63,907 nt of DNA, filler included, from Aduncisulcus paluster (GCA_024181965.1; 8 parts of 8 records of this genome joined end to end with filler, not necessarily neighbours in it); one strand, 5' to 3'. Counted from the whole stretch's first letter, positions 31,185 through 43,310 are shown. The notes: generated by a model not told the origin, from the letters alone. A program made the numbers and translations.

Positions 31185-33809
31185 TTATTCTTCACAGATA
31201 ATAGCGGCTTGGGCGGCAGCGACACGGAGGGCGGGGATACGGTAAGGAGAGGCGGAAACAACAGAGAGACCGGCCTTGTGGAGGAACAGAACACTCTTCT
31301 GAGAGCTCTGTTCACCACAGAGACTGATCTTCATACCCTTACGGACGGAACGACCCTTGGTGACGGCAATCTTAATGAGCTCACCAACGGTTTCCTCGTG
31401 AATCTCTGAGAAAGGATCACGATCGAAGTGACCATTTCTGACGTAGGTGGGAACGAATCTACCAGCGTCATCACGAGAGATACCGAGAGTAGTCTGAGTA
31501 AGATCGTTAGTACCGAAAGAGAAGAATTCAGCGTGCTCAGCAATCTTATCGGCTTGCAAACAAGCAGCGGGGAGCTCGATCATGGTACCAACTTGGTATG
31601 GGATCTTAACACCGGCCTTTTCCATGACAGCATCGACACGGTCACAGATAACCTTACGGAGAACCTTAACCTCAGCAGGGAGACAGACAACGGGGATCAT
31701 GATTTCAGGACGGACCTTGATTCCCTTCTTCTCGACGGCAATAGCAGCCTGGGTAAGAGCAGTAACCTGCATCTCAGAAATCTCGGGGTAGATCATACCA
31801 AGACGGCAACCTCTGAAACCAAGCATGGGGTTGGACTCAGAAAGCTCGTGAACCTTAGCCTTGATCTCTTCAACTTCACAGCCGATTTGTTTAGCCATGG
31901 CAGTCTGGTTCTCATCATCGTGAGGAAGGAACTCATGAAGAGGGGGGTCAAGAAGACGGACAGTGCAAGGACGGCCTTCGAGAGCCTCGAAGATACCCTC
32001 AAAATCGATCTGTTGGAGAGGAAGAACCTTGTCAAGGGCAACCTTACGGGCCTTAGCATCAGCAGCAAGGATCATTTCTCTGATGGCAGAGATTTTGTCG
32101 GCTTGGAAGAACATGTGCTCAGTTCTGCAGAGACCAATACCTTCAGCACCGAATTCAACAGCAACTTTAGTGTCTTCGGGGGTGTCAGCATTAGTACGGA
32201 TTTGAAGAGTCTTGAATTCATTGGACCAGTTCATGATACGACCGAAGTGACCAGAAATCTCGGGTTTAATAGTGGGAACCTTGCCCTCAATAACCTCACC
32301 GGTGGAACCGTTAAGGGAGATGAAGTCACCTTCCTTGAAGGTCTTGCCTCCAATGGTCATAATTCCAGCTTCCTCATCGATACGGCATTCACCACATCCA
32401 GCAACACAACATTTACCCATACCACGAGCAACAACGGCAGCGTGAGAAGAGAGACCACCACGAGCAGTCAAGACACCGATAGCGGCGTCCATACCAGCAA
32501 TATCCTCAGGGGAGGTTTCGGGACGGCACAAGATAGTAGCACGTTTCTCAGCCTTGGCCTCAACAGCAGCTTCGGCCTCGAAGACGATCTGACCAACGGC
32601 AGCACCAGGGGAAGCGGGGAGACCCTTGGCAAGAACCTTGTCGGCATAGCTGACCTTGGGGTCGAAGTTCTCGAAAAGAAGTTCGTTAATCTTGGGGGGA
32701 TCAATTCTCATCATAGCGGTTTTCTTGTCAATAACACCCTCATCGACCAATTCACAGGCGATCCTAACCATAGCGGCACCAGTACGTTTACCAACACGAG
32801 CTTGGAGCATGTATAATTTTCCATCTTCAATGGTGAACTCAAGATCAACCATATCTTTGTAGAACTCTTCGAGTCTCTTGTAGATACCCATGAGCTCCTC
32901 GTATACTCTAGGCCAGGGACCGGAGAGACCAGCCATAGAAGCAAGAGGGAAAGGAGTTCTGATACCAGCAACAACATCTTCACCTTGAGCGTTTGTGAGG
33001 AATTCACCGAAAGCAACTCTTTCTCCAGTGCTAGGATCACGAGTGAAACCGACACCAGTACCAGAGTTGTCACCAGTGTTACCGTAAACCATAGATTGAA
33101 CGTTAACAGCGGTACCCCAGTTGTGACCCATGTGGTTCAAGTTTCTGTAAACAATAGCACGGGGGTTGTTCCAACTGGCGAAAACGGCGTTGATGGCCAT
33201 AGTAAGCTGAAGTTTGGGGTTCTGAGGGAATTCCTTACCGGTTTCTTCTTGGATAAGAGCACGGTAACCCTTGATGACCTCCTTAAGGTGCTCAACAGTA
33301 AGATCCGTGTCAACCTTGCAACCGTTGGCAACCTTAACGGCATCAAGAACCTTCTCGAATTTAGCGTGTTCAACTCCCATAACGACATCACCGAACATTT
33401 GTAAGAAACGACGGAAAGAATCGTAGGCGAATCTAGGGTTCTTGGTCTTCTTGGCCATACCCTCAACAGCTTCGTCATTCAAACCAAGGTTGAGAACAGT
33501 GTCCATCATACCAGGCATGGAGACACGGGCACCAGATCTAACAGAAAGCAATAAGGGGTTGGAGTTGGAACCGAATTCCTTTCCAGTGTCCTTTTCAACG
33601 GACTTAATAAGCTCGTTAACTCTAGTCTCGAGTTCGGGACTCCAAACACCATGTTCCATGAAGTAAACACATTCACTGGTCCAGATGGTGAAACCGGGAG
33701 GAACTGGCAAACCAGCCTTTGTCATCATATTCAAGGAAACACCTTTGCCTCCAAGATCTTCTTTAGGGGTAGCACCCTCGTATTTTCCAAAATAGGTAAT
33801 TCCAGTCAT
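31185..33809 (-). CDS. PPDK: pyruvate, phosphate dikinase
   Basis: LGGKG, PVPPGFTI, PLLLSVRSGARVSMPGMMDTVLNLG, NAQGEDVVAGIRTP, phospho-His motif GGLSSHAAVVARG, GIGLCRTEHMFF, FFSFGTNDLTQ. ATG at 33809. Confidence 0.99.
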   Translation of the reverse strand: MTGITYFGKYEGATPKEDLGGKGVSLNMMTKAGLPVPPGFTIWTSECVYFMEHGVWSPELETRVNELIKSVEKDTGKEFGSNSNPLLLSVRSGARVSMPGMMDTVLNLGLNDEAVEGMAKKTKNPRFAYDSFRRFLQMFGDVVMGVEHAKFEKVLDAVKVANGCKVDTDLTVEHLKEVIKGYRALIQEETGKEFPQNPKLQLTMAINAVFASWNNPRAIVYRNLNHMGHNWGTAVNVQSMVYGNTGDNSGTGVGFTRDPSTGERVAFGEFLTNAQGEDVVAGIRTPFPLASMAGLSGPWPRVYEELMGIYKRLEEFYKDMVDLEFTIEDGKLYMLQARVGKRTGAAMVRIACELVDEGVIDKKTAMMRIDPPKINELLFENFDPKVSYADKVLAKGLPASPGAAVGQIVFEAEAAVEAKAEKRATILCRPETSPEDIAGMDAAIGVLTARGGLSSHAAVVARGMGKCCVAGCGECRIDEEAGIMTIGGKTFKEGDFISLNGSTGEVIEGKVPTIKPEISGHFGRIMNWSNEFKTLQIRTNADTPEDTKVAVEFGAEGIGLCRTEHMFFQADKISAIREMILAADAKARKVALDKVLPLQQIDFEGIFEALEGRPCTVRLLDPPLHEFLPHDDENQTAMAKQIGCEVEEIKAKVHELSESNPMLGFRGCRLGMIYPEISEMQVTALTQAAIAVEKKGIKVRPEIMIPVVCLPAEVKVLRKVICDRVDAVMEKAGVKIPYQVGTMIELPAACLQADKIAEHAEFFSFGTNDLTQTTLGISRDDAGRFVPTYVRNGHFDRDPFSEIHEETVGELIKIAVTKGRSVRKGMKISLCGEQSSQKSVLFLHKAGLSVVSASPYRIPALRVAAAQAAIICEE

Positions 33810-34337
33810 GACCTTCACAAAAAGAACGCAAGTTTATATTTCATATTCTTCTAAAAATAGAAAATATTTGAATCTCGCCATAATCAATAGTCAAAAAAGT
33901 TCATAAGAAAAAAAAACAAATATTTATTATACAATATATTATTGAAAAAAGGCTTTATAAATATATTTGAAGGTAAACCAGATAAACCCTCAAGCTTAGC
34001 CCAGGGCAGTAACATAAGTTATTGAACTCTGAAAAGAATAATTTATCAAAAAATCAATATTATTATGAGATTATTGGATAAATAATTTATGAATAAATGG
34101 TGTATGGGCTGATACGACACAAATTCCTCACAATCAATTGGAAATATCAACTGAATAGAAATTAATCGCGATTCAAGTAATAGTATATAAAATTGAAGAA
34201 CATAATAGACCATTTTTGCGTATCATAACATCACAACGCCCACTATGACTGAGACATAAATTCCATCTGCGAGTAGATTTCAAAAAATTGCAACACCAAA
34301 TGTATTGATAGTATATATCCATCTAAATGGGTTTGAC

Positions 34338-34622
34338 TCATTCTGGTTTGGAGAAAAAGGCGCATGTATCTTCGTCATCATGAGTTTCGTCAAATCTCGT
34401 AAGTACAGGTTCAAAAGGCACAATTGATGGGGTATGCGATTGTGGTTTAGCTATTTGTTTTTCTTTTAGCTGTTCTTGAACGATAGAAGCCTTTCGCCCA
34501 ATTTCCATAATTCTTCTTACCGCATGTTGAAATTGAGGAGGTACAAAGAAGTCAATGCAATTATCTTGATCTGTTGGAAATTTATCGTCCGTTAAGGTTT
34601 TGTATATTTCGTTTTTTTGCAT
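34338..34622 (-). CDS. short hypothetical protein
   Basis: 94-aa ATG ORF with protein-like composition in an otherwise AT-rich spacer; no motif recognised. Confidence 0.35.
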   Translation of the reverse strand: MQKNEIYKTLTDDKFPTDQDNCIDFFVPPQFQHAVRRIMEIGRKASIVQEQLKEKQIAKPQSHTPSIVPFEPVLTRFDETHDDEDTCAFFSKPE

Positions 34623-34838
34623 CAAAAACTAAATTTCTTGTTAATATTTCCGCTATGAGAAAACAATATGCAAAAGAAAGAAATTTATCTTTATTTATAC
34701 ATTTGAATATAATATTAATATTTATAACTACTATTGGTGTTATAATGCGTTTCGAGAGAATGAAAACCTACTCAACATCAAATGGGATACATCAAATGCA
34801 TTAATCCACAATTTAACCGATTTGAATTGATTTTTGAA

Positions 34839-35954
34839 TCAATTATCATTTAAATAATACTGAATACCAAGTGGAATCATTTGTAAGCTGAATTGAAAGA
34901 TAATTAGAACGAGACAGAGTATTTTTTCATGCATTGGTCCAAGAATATGCAACATAACATTAATTAGAGTGTGATGTTCCTTTACGCCTTCAAGTTTCCC
35001 CGTGTCTGGGTTCAATTTGGGAAGTCGATGGCGAGGACAATGCACAATCCCCAAAAGTTGTGGAATTGATATGACATAATTTATAAATTGGGGAATCATG
35101 AACAAAAGAGAGGATATTAGCTTTCTTTGCATTAGACTTGACACAATTATAACAGTTCCGGACAAATATGTGAATGAATCTCCCACAAAAACTTTCGAAG
35201 GATATTTGTTAAATAAGAAAAGGGCAAAACAGAATGAAACAAATGGAATTAGAAAGATTAAAGACAAAATATCATGGATGGAAGTTTCAGAAAGAGTTTC
35301 GTTTCGGAAAAAAATATCCTCCAAAGAATTTGATTTAAATAATGAAATAAAGGCAGAAATAATGAGACCAATTCCGCTAACAATAGATTGAGAAACTTCA
35401 ATTCCATTAATACCAGCATAAATGTTGATTGAATTTCCACCAAATATTAATAGCATGACAATAACGAGGTAAAAGAGTTTTCCAAGATAAATACCGTCCT
35501 CGAATGAAACATAAGAATTAATAAATGGGATTTTTTGAAGAAATGAAATCAAAAATGAGGGAAGCGGAATATTTCTAGATCCAGAATAGGAAAAAATGAG
35601 AGGAACAGAGGCAAAAAGTGGAACCAATAATTTATACCTCCATTTTAAATCTAAAACATCATCTACAAATCCTAAAACAAGCATTATAAAAATTGTGAAA
35701 AGGGAAGAAAGCGATTCGAGTTGGTAGTTAATATCAAAAGGAAATTTAAAAAATATAAGAATAGAAATCAGAAGAATAATGATAATTCCTACAATCCCAA
35801 GTGATTCTGCCACCTTTGATGATTCAGGAGTTCGAATCTTATTCAAATCATATCCACCCATTCCAGCCCGTAAAGTCATCTTAGCAAAGCGTGGAATTAA
35901 AAAGTATGAAAGAACAAAACATAAAATAGAAATAAAAATAGTTTGAAAAATCAT
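34839..35954 (-). CDS. DPAGT1: UDP-GlcNAc:dolichyl-phosphate GlcNAc-1-phosphotransferase (ALG7)
   Basis: GFVDDVLDLKWRYKL, NSINIYAGINGIEVSQ, FNKYPSKVFVGDSFTY, CPRHRLPK; about 10 TM helices. Confidence 0.97.
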   Translation of the reverse strand: MIFQTIFISILCFVLSYFLIPRFAKMTLRAGMGGYDLNKIRTPESSKVAESLGIVGIIIILLISILIFFKFPFDINYQLESLSSLFTIFIMLVLGFVDDVLDLKWRYKLLVPLFASVPLIFSYSGSRNIPLPSFLISFLQKIPFINSYVSFEDGIYLGKLFYLVIVMLLIFGGNSINIYAGINGIEVSQSIVSGIGLIISAFISLFKSNSLEDIFFRNETLSETSIHDILSLIFLIPFVSFCFALFLFNKYPSKVFVGDSFTYLSGTVIIVSSLMQRKLISSLLFMIPQFINYVISIPQLLGIVHCPRHRLPKLNPDTGKLEGVKEHHTLINVMLHILGPMHEKILCLVLIIFQFSLQMIPLGIQYYLNDN

Positions 35955-36380
35955 TGTTTTGCCACAAAGTGGTTTCTATGGACCGGAAAAGTCGACCTCT
36001 ATCGAAAAAATCTTATTTGGTTTTGTTTATTTTTACTTGGTGCGTGTGTTGATGGATCTTTGATAAATATGTTCATGTCATGTGCATTGGATGTTGATTT
36101 AAACGAAAAAAATTTGTTCGAGCAAAAAATCTCAAAATTATCGAAGAATTTAAGTGAAATTTTCTGTTTATCATAGAATAAAATTTGTGAGATGTTGTTA
36201 AATTTTATTTTATGCTCACAAACAACCGTGAGTGGAAATTGGTCGATTTTGAATGTAGATATATATTAGAAAAAGAATATAAAGTTAAAATGTCCGATAT
36301 GTACGTTATATTTTATAAATATTGTTTTTTATAATCCATTTATTTTATTCTAAATATCTATTTTCCCTTTTTGTTCTAGG

Positions 36381-37514
36381 ATGGAGGATTATGATAATAC
36401 GGATGATATTTCACCCACAACTCATGATACCCCTGATAAATCTGAAGCTATTGATGGCTCTTCTTCATCTTCGGTGATGTCTGACCCACGGGATCAAAAA
36501 ATTATAGAATTAGTCAATTCAAATCGTAGACATCAACTCCAATTGAGCAAATTTAGAACAAGGGCAATCTCTGCTGAGGAACAAGTGGAAACCTTGCAAA
36601 CTCAAGTTGAAGAATTATCCAGACAAATGAAAGAGTTGGAAGATATGACAGTTGATGTTGAAAAACGTCAATTGAGAAAAAAATTACATGATTCTTTACA
36701 AAAACATGGTAGTATGGTTGTTGAAAACTCAAAATTGAAGCAAGAGAATGCTTTATTGAAGCACGCGCTTTCTCGTGAGCTTGGGGATTCTTGGGATCTT
36801 AAAGATGTTTTAGAGAAGACATCTGAGTGGAAAGGACGTTCTGAACAGATTGCTCTTCTTAAAATACGCAATGCCAAACTCTCTGCCCAGGTTGGTGGAA
36901 CTGAATCCGTCAAGAGCAAAGCCACGCGTCGTCTTGAGGCAACTATTCAGCATAAGGAGAAGAAAAGGATTGAGCGGTTGCAAGAAGCCGAGCGGAAGGT
37001 CACTGAACTTGAGGCTGAGTTGAAAGAAAGTCAAGACACTGCTCAAGCTGTGATTGTTCGGAACAGGCATGTTGAGAAGGATGTACGTGACCTCAGGAAG
37101 AAATTAGCAATCGTGGTCAAGAAAACACAGCATGATAATGAGTTAATCGATGGTCTTCGGAAGAGATTGAGCTCTGGAGCTGGATCTGAGCCTTCGAGTT
37201 CATCTGCTGGGACCACTGCTGGAACAGACATGGAGATACTTGCTGAACGGCAAGAGAGTATCATAAAGACATTGAGGGAACAGCTCCAAGCCGAGAAGGA
37301 AAGTGTTCGTCGAGCTGATGTAGAAGTTGATCGTTTACATGAACTCTGTGAGGAGAAGAAAAGGGAGCTTGAGGAGATTAAATCACAGATGGAGAAGGGT
37401 AAGAAAGATGCTCAAGATGAGAAGAGGAGGATCGTTGAGATGGAACGTGAGTTAGAGAGAAGATCCACTACTGGAGAGGATAAAAAGGATTCAGAAAAGG
37501 ATATTGATGAATAA
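36381..37514 (+). CDS. CCDC13: CCDC13-like centriolar-satellite/ciliary coiled-coil protein
   Basis: Coiled coil with LSRELG...WKGRSEQIALLK and KTQHDNELIDGL, matching recalled CCDC13 motifs (WRGRAQQI; KxxHDDELI). Confidence 0.72.
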   Translation: MEDYDNTDDISPTTHDTPDKSEAIDGSSSSSVMSDPRDQKIIELVNSNRRHQLQLSKFRTRAISAEEQVETLQTQVEELSRQMKELEDMTVDVEKRQLRKKLHDSLQKHGSMVVENSKLKQENALLKHALSRELGDSWDLKDVLEKTSEWKGRSEQIALLKIRNAKLSAQVGGTESVKSKATRRLEATIQHKEKKRIERLQEAERKVTELEAELKESQDTAQAVIVRNRHVEKDVRDLRKKLAIVVKKTQHDNELIDGLRKRLSSGAGSEPSSSSAGTTAGTDMEILAERQESIIKTLREQLQAEKESVRRADVEVDRLHELCEEKKRELEEIKSQMEKGKKDAQDEKRRIVEMERELERRSTTGEDKKDSEKDIDE

Positions 37515-37931
37515 TGAACATTGTTTCTCAACTTTAAGATTGTTTATCGTTATTTCTTGNNNNNNNNNNNNNNNNNNNNTGGGACCACTGCTGGAACAGA
37601 CATGGAGATACTTGCTGAACGGCAAGAGAGTATCATAAAGACATTGAGGGAACAGCTCCAAGCCGAGAAGGAAAGTGTTCGTCGAGCTGATGTAGAAGTT
37701 GATCGTTTACATGAACTCTGGGAGGAGAAGAAAAGGGAGCTTGAGGAGATTAAATCACAGATGGAGAAGGGTAAGAAAGATGCTCAAGATGAGAAGAGGA
37801 GGATCGTTGAGATGGAACGTGAGTTAGAGAGAAGATCCACTACTGGAGAGGATAAAAAGGATTCAGAAAAGGATATTGATGAATAATGAACATTGTTTCT
37901 CAACTTTAAGATTGTTTATCGTTATTTCTTG
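37208..37931 (+). repeat. 352-nt direct duplication flanking a 20-N gap (uncollapsed overlap of the CCDC13 3' end)
   Basis: 37208-37559 matches 37580-37931 with one T/G difference seen. Confidence 0.88.
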
Positions 37932-38650
37932 ATCGATTTTTCTTGATGATGCTCGTTTATTTATTTTTAATGAGTAAATTTGATCAACTACTAAAAGTTT
38001 CAAAAACGAGATGCTGTACCACAGCGTAGTACCAGGATACCTGAGTCAATTTATTGAATAAGCGGTCAGACAGCAATGATGTCTAAAAATAGAACTGAGA
38101 AAATCTATATATATATATAAAAATAAAAAAAATGTGCAGTTAGTTATTCATAGATTCTTGAGTGGCAGAGCCATTTCAGTAATATTTTGGTCCTCTTTGT
38201 TAGAGGAACTTTCTCTCCGGTAAGTCTTCAAGATCTTTGTAAACTCATAAAATAAACGACATAAAAAACCAGAATTCTTGAAGTTCTCAAAGAACCTCTT
38301 TGGATAAGAAAAAGAAGATAGAAGGATTTTTTGGGTGCAAAATAAAGGATAAAAAAAGGACATAACATCAAGAATATATATATATATATATATGTAAATA
38401 TATATTTAAAATAAATATAAACCTTATATAAATGATATCTTAGAGGATGACAATCAATATAAGATGAACTGAGGATAAAGCGTCAAACGAAAATAAAAAA
38501 CAATGAGAGTTAAAATGTTAGAATATAAATATATATAAAGACAAAAATTTTTAAAGGGAAAACATCGAGATATTAATAGAAAAAATCCCTTCTCCAATGA
38601 AAATTCATCTATAAGAGAATAGTTTAGTTTCTCAATTCATCTATTTTTAG

Positions 38651-39904
38651 TTAATCGGAATCAGAGGATATGGATTCGTCCATTTCTCTTAATATAGCTT
38701 CGTCAACATCATCTATTGCTTCATCATCTCCTACAATAACATTGTGATGATTACGGGAAGAAGAACAAGAAGATTCTTTGTTCAAATTTGAGGATTTATG
38801 CTGGAGGTGGACAGCAGTCGTTATCTTCTCTCTCCCTATTCCATCCATATTATTGGGAATAGGGGGGACAACAACATGAGTCTCACTTGAATCAGATGTT
38901 CTATAAATAGACTGAGAATCTAACAACACAGGTGATGTATGAGAAGGGAAGAAAGAAGAAAGAGAATGGGAACGAACCGGCCCAGCACCTTGCGTATGTT
39001 GAAGAGGGAGTGCGGAAGAAGGTATCGGAGGAGGCGGAAGAGGGAATGAAGAGAGAGAAGAGGCAGAAATATCATCATGGACATTACGTTTATCAGCCAT
39101 TATCTTCTTCTTCTTCTTCTTTTTGATGGCAATGTGATCACTTGATGACTGATGAGCTTTCTTGCTCCCATCGAGCTTGTTCTTACTCTTCTTCTTCTTT
39201 CGGTGGTCAATCTGAGACGTTGACGATGATGATTTTGTACCATTCTTATCCAACATTCCTTCTTCTTTCTTAGCTAGGACATCATCAGAAACAAGAACAG
39301 AAGATCCTTCATGATAGCTTTCAGAGACATGACTATGACTAGGTTGTTTGAGGGAACTGAGACAACTCGTGCCCTCACTGTCAATGTTACTTTGTAAGGC
39401 TTCTGAGAGATGGGAAGACATCATTAGAGAGGAAAGTCTCCTAATGGAATCGCTTGATGATGTCCTAGCAATGCCATCAGTGGCAGCAGAAGAAGTATGA
39501 TGGAGAGCACAAGGAGTTGGAGTGATCGCAGAGGAAGAAGAAGAGGGAGAAGAGGGAGAAGAGGGAGTCTGTGGGCGAGAGGAATGGGGGTCTGGAGACG
39601 AAAGGGGAGTGTCTTGTTGACGGGAGGGGGCGACAAGTGAAGAGGAAGACAAGGAGGAAGATGTGGTGTTAAGTCCAGTCAAAAGTAATAAGAGAGTTTG
39701 TTGAACTTGTGCCATTTGCTTTGAGAGTTTGGAAACGGTATCTTGTAATGCGGCCTTCTCTTCTCTCCATAGGCATTTCTCTTGTTCCCATTCTACCTGA
39801 ATGGTTCTATAAATAGATTTGATCTGTTCAGTGTGAGTCGAACTTAGTTGAGGATTTTCCAACGATGAGGGTAAAGAGGAATCATCTGAATCGGTGTGTG
39901 AATA
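38651..39904 (-). CDS. C-terminal fragment of a Ser-rich protein with a short coiled coil
   Basis: Frame open from the contig edge to TAA at 38651; IQVEWEQEKCLWREEKAALQ coiled coil followed by disordered sequence. Confidence 0.6.
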   Translation of the reverse strand, partial: YSHTDSDDSSLPSSLENPQLSSTHTEQIKSIYRTIQVEWEQEKCLWREEKAALQDTVSKLSKQMAQVQQTLLLLLTGLNTTSSSLSSSSLVAPSRQQDTPLSSPDPHSSRPQTPSSPSSPSSSSSAITPTPCALHHTSSAATDGIARTSSSDSIRRLSSLMMSSHLSEALQSNIDSEGTSCLSSLKQPSHSHVSESYHEGSSVLVSDDVLAKKEEGMLDKNGTKSSSSTSQIDHRKKKKSKNKLDGSKKAHQSSSDHIAIKKKKKKKIMADKRNVHDDISASSLSSFPLPPPPIPSSALPLQHTQGAGPVRSHSLSSFFPSHTSPVLLDSQSIYRTSDSSETHVVVPPIPNNMDGIGREKITTAVHLQHKSSNLNKESSCSSSRNHHNVIVGDDEAIDDVDEAILREMDESISSDSD

Positions 39905-40707
39905 AGNNNNNNNNNNNNNNNNNNNNNNNNNNNNNNNNNNNNNNNNNNNNTTAATTAATTAANNNNNNNNNNNNNNNNNNNNNNNNNNNNNNNNNNNNNN
40001 NNNNNNCCGTGGAAGTCGGAACATGGCGGACAGGAAAACACCCTCGTGTGGAGCTGGAGGAGCCAGACCACGACGTCACCAGGTCAGACCACCTTGTACA
40101 CAACCGTGGAAGTCGGACTGTGAAGGCTACCGAACCAACACCCCGGGAGGACACCGATAAAGGAAACCTAGGATCTAAAAATAGATCGTCGAAACCCTTG
40201 AGAAACTCCAGAAGATTCTGGAACCATAGATTGATCATCTACTACGTTCGTGTCATAGTATCTGAATAGCTGCGATCACAAAGTGATCTGGGAAAGTGAG
40301 AGGAGGATGTGGTATCCTTGCAGGTTCTCAGAGGATCTATTTATAGAACCGACTATGATGTGTTCGTTTATTAATAAATTGTACGTAAGCTTTATCGCAT
40401 TCTACCATAAGTCGAAGAAAAATTTCACAACATTAAAAGGACTAAAGAAGTTTTATCAGAGCTTATCATTAAAAATAAGCTTCTTATGATGGCAGAAGGT
40501 TCTTACCATCGGGAGGTCGAATTTTATTCTTCTTTGGCCGATTGGAAGGAATTTATTTCCAATGAAACTCTTCCAGATTCTCCTTCTGAGTATATTATTA
40601 CAGAAGAAGGAAGTGAAGAGCTCTAAAATGTTTTACAGTAAATAATCTAAAAAAAAATCATTTTTTGTTTCTACCACTCCTCCTTTTCATCTGATCGTCT
40701 ATTCCTA

Positions 40708-41787
40708 GATCCGTATCGATGCCACGCTGGAGATATTCTCCACATATTTCATATTGGTCTTCTGAATAATGCCATGGATATGCTTGATAAGTGTCTAAAT
40801 ACGAATCAAAAGAATATATTCAATAGAAGAATGGAATTGCTTGGAATACGAACAAGATTGGGAATCAAACTTAGAGATGGAAATAATGCCAAAAACTTTC
40901 AACATTATGCTGCCATTGGTCTTTTTGATCTACATAAACACCCTCCCACAAGGAATCACACCTTTTTCTTTTTATACTGCGGGATTGATGAAGTGGAATC
41001 TGAAAATTTGTTGGAAAGAATCGTGTTAAAATACACTTTCAGATTCCCATCTGGTACATCGAGAGATGATATTGAGCACTTTACTTTATATGATATATTG
41101 TATCTAGCAGGTCTTTTTGACCGTTATTTGTATGAAGCCAGATTCGCAGGAAGTTCTGATGTTCCGGAATTATTGGAGTACCATAAACGATTTGTTGCTA
41201 TTCTCTCCCCTCTCTCAGTTCATTGTGGCGTTATATCCGATACACCACCAATTAAAAAGGTAAAAACACATTCCATGATGCACCTACAAGAGTGGATTGA
41301 CGACGGTGGTCCTCTTAGAAATTATTCGGCTGAAACTGGAGAGAGAACAAACGCTACTTTATATAGACTGTATCGCTATATTAGAACACAATCCACACGT
41401 CACATAATAGCTTCTCGAAGCTTGCCCTTCCTCACACTTCCTGGTAATGATAAAGATCCTGATATCCGTTTTGTTAAGGATTCTTACAACTTGTTTAAAT
41501 ATGAAGAAGAAGATGATGCAATTATACGATTTGATAAATACTCAGAAGATAATACCCAAGTATTTGGAGATGTCTATGCTTATCTTGACGTTGCATCAAT
41601 TGGAGACCTGAATTTATTTTATATTTATTATTTTACTAAAATAGTTAATAGTATTAACAGGAGATCTATTTTGAAATCGAGGATAAGTAGAAAGGTATCT
41701 TGTGCTAAAGTATCCGAGTTAAAATATGAGACTTTAGTTGATTCGGTTTATCATTTAGATTATTTAATTTGCCCACTACGAAAGTAA
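40708..41787 (+). mobile_element. CMC/Plavaka-like DDE transposase, C-terminal fragment
   Basis: DPYRCHAGDILHIFHIGL (DxLH motif) and KTHSMMHLQEWIDDGGPLRNYSAETGERTN (HxxxHL...GPL..YS...E). Confidence 0.65.
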
Positions 41788-42534
41788 AACTCTTGAATAT
41801 CATTTCATGAAAATCGAAGAGAAATTTTAGTTGTAATAGTGAAATAAATTGTACCAATCATAGTACAAAATAATTATTTTTCTATGAGTAATACACAATT
41901 ACAGCCAATTAAGGCTGCTCCTATTTTATTTGGCTTTGGAAAATCAATTTTTCGAAGTTTTCTGAAAAAGTTCCGTCATACCTTGACGTCACAGATGCTG
42001 TTCTTGAAGATCCATTAGGCTTTACAGAAGATCAGGTTAAAGAACGAGAAACTACAGTTTCTGCTTACTATAATGCCATAAAATTATCAGATGATCGGGA
42101 TAGTGCAGCAAAATGGAAGAGTGGACATCCTGTATATCTTGTCAATGGAGAAAAAATTTATCAATTGTGTGGTAGCGCTTTATAATATAACAAATAAAAG
42201 TATTAATGCGGATCGTATGGTATCCAAATTTACTATAATTCTTGATCAGGCGGTATAGATAATTATAAGAAACTTTTAGTGATTTTAATAATAATTATGT
42301 CAGGTTCCATTTATAGAATCGTCGGATCCTGTTGCTAATTTAAGCTTAACTGGTATCAATTTATTAGAAATAAACGGGATGACAATCTGTTCTATAAATA
42401 GATCTGAGAAACTAACAGTCCAATTCTTTTATGGCTCGGGGGAATGGTATGAGTGATCCAAATTGGGGTGTTTGAACTGGGGTTAGTAGCTCATGTGCTC
42501 GCTAAAAACATGATGTAGCGTATGACATCACGTA

Positions 42535-42920
42535 GTGGTGCAAAATACTACTTTTGGACATTCTTTGAAAGCAAAGATGAGATGCTTGCTGTCAGACGTG
42601 ATTCAAGGATTCGACATTGTGGCCGGATGTGACTGGCTGTTCGATACTGGAATTCTACATTCACAACTTGTGAAATCCAAGAAACAGTGGAATACCGCAA
42701 GTCCTAATGATGGAGTGTTCTTTACCGGAACTGGACGCCCCATATCCGCAGCATAGAGACAATAGGGCAAGAGATTGACAAAATCCAAATTCCGTTGGAA
42801 GAAGACACAAAGAGGAGATAAGATACATATTGTCTAGACATAAAGAGGCATTCAGCTCATTATTGAACAAGGAGGGGGCAAAGCTTCTCCCTCATGAAGT
42901 AACCTTGATAGACGAAACTC
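42535..42920 (+). mobile_element. degenerate LTR-retrotransposon pol fragment (protease end and pre-RT linker)
   Basis: FDIVAGCDWL resembles the D-x-ILG-x-DWL end of retroviral-type proteases; then, after a stop and a frameshift, EEIRYILSRHKEAFS...PHEVTLID. Confidence 0.45.
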
Positions 42921-42986
42921 AGGTCTCTCGGAATTCAAATCCATCCAACATCATGCTAGAACCAGACGGCATTCAGACAGTCCACG

Positions 42987-43310
42987 GTGAGGATCTATGA
43001 CAAAACCCTCTTTCTTGAATATGGAGATATTGAAATTGTACGAGAATACCTGAATGGACACATAATTTTGGCTGACACTGCCTATCATGGCATTGAGACC
43101 GGTGAACTTGCAGTGAAAGCTGTGTTCTCTGAACACAAACCTGGACTGCCTCGAGAAGAAAGGCAGAGACAACTCAACATAAGTGCAGATAGAATGATCG
43201 TCGAGCAATACTACGGACGCTTGAAAAGATCATTTCACATTCTCTCAATGATATGGAATTTAGATTCAGAAATTTATCGTACCACATTTGTTGTTTGTTG
43301 TACAGTATAG
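42987..43310 (+). mobile_element. PIF/Harbinger/ISL2EU-like DDE transposase fragment
   Basis: ILADTAYHG and NISADRMIVEQYYGRLKRSFHIL match the DDE_Tnp_4 motifs (aDxGY; RxxVExxxGrLK). Confidence 0.75.

Noticed and set aside
31428-32816. 462-aa antisense ORF inside PPDK
   Set aside because: Codon-aligned shadow frame typical of highly biased genes; no motif.
37521-37886. Second CCDC13-like ORF or apparent gene duplication
   Set aside because: Near-identical overlap on both sides of a 20-N gap; scaffolding artefact.
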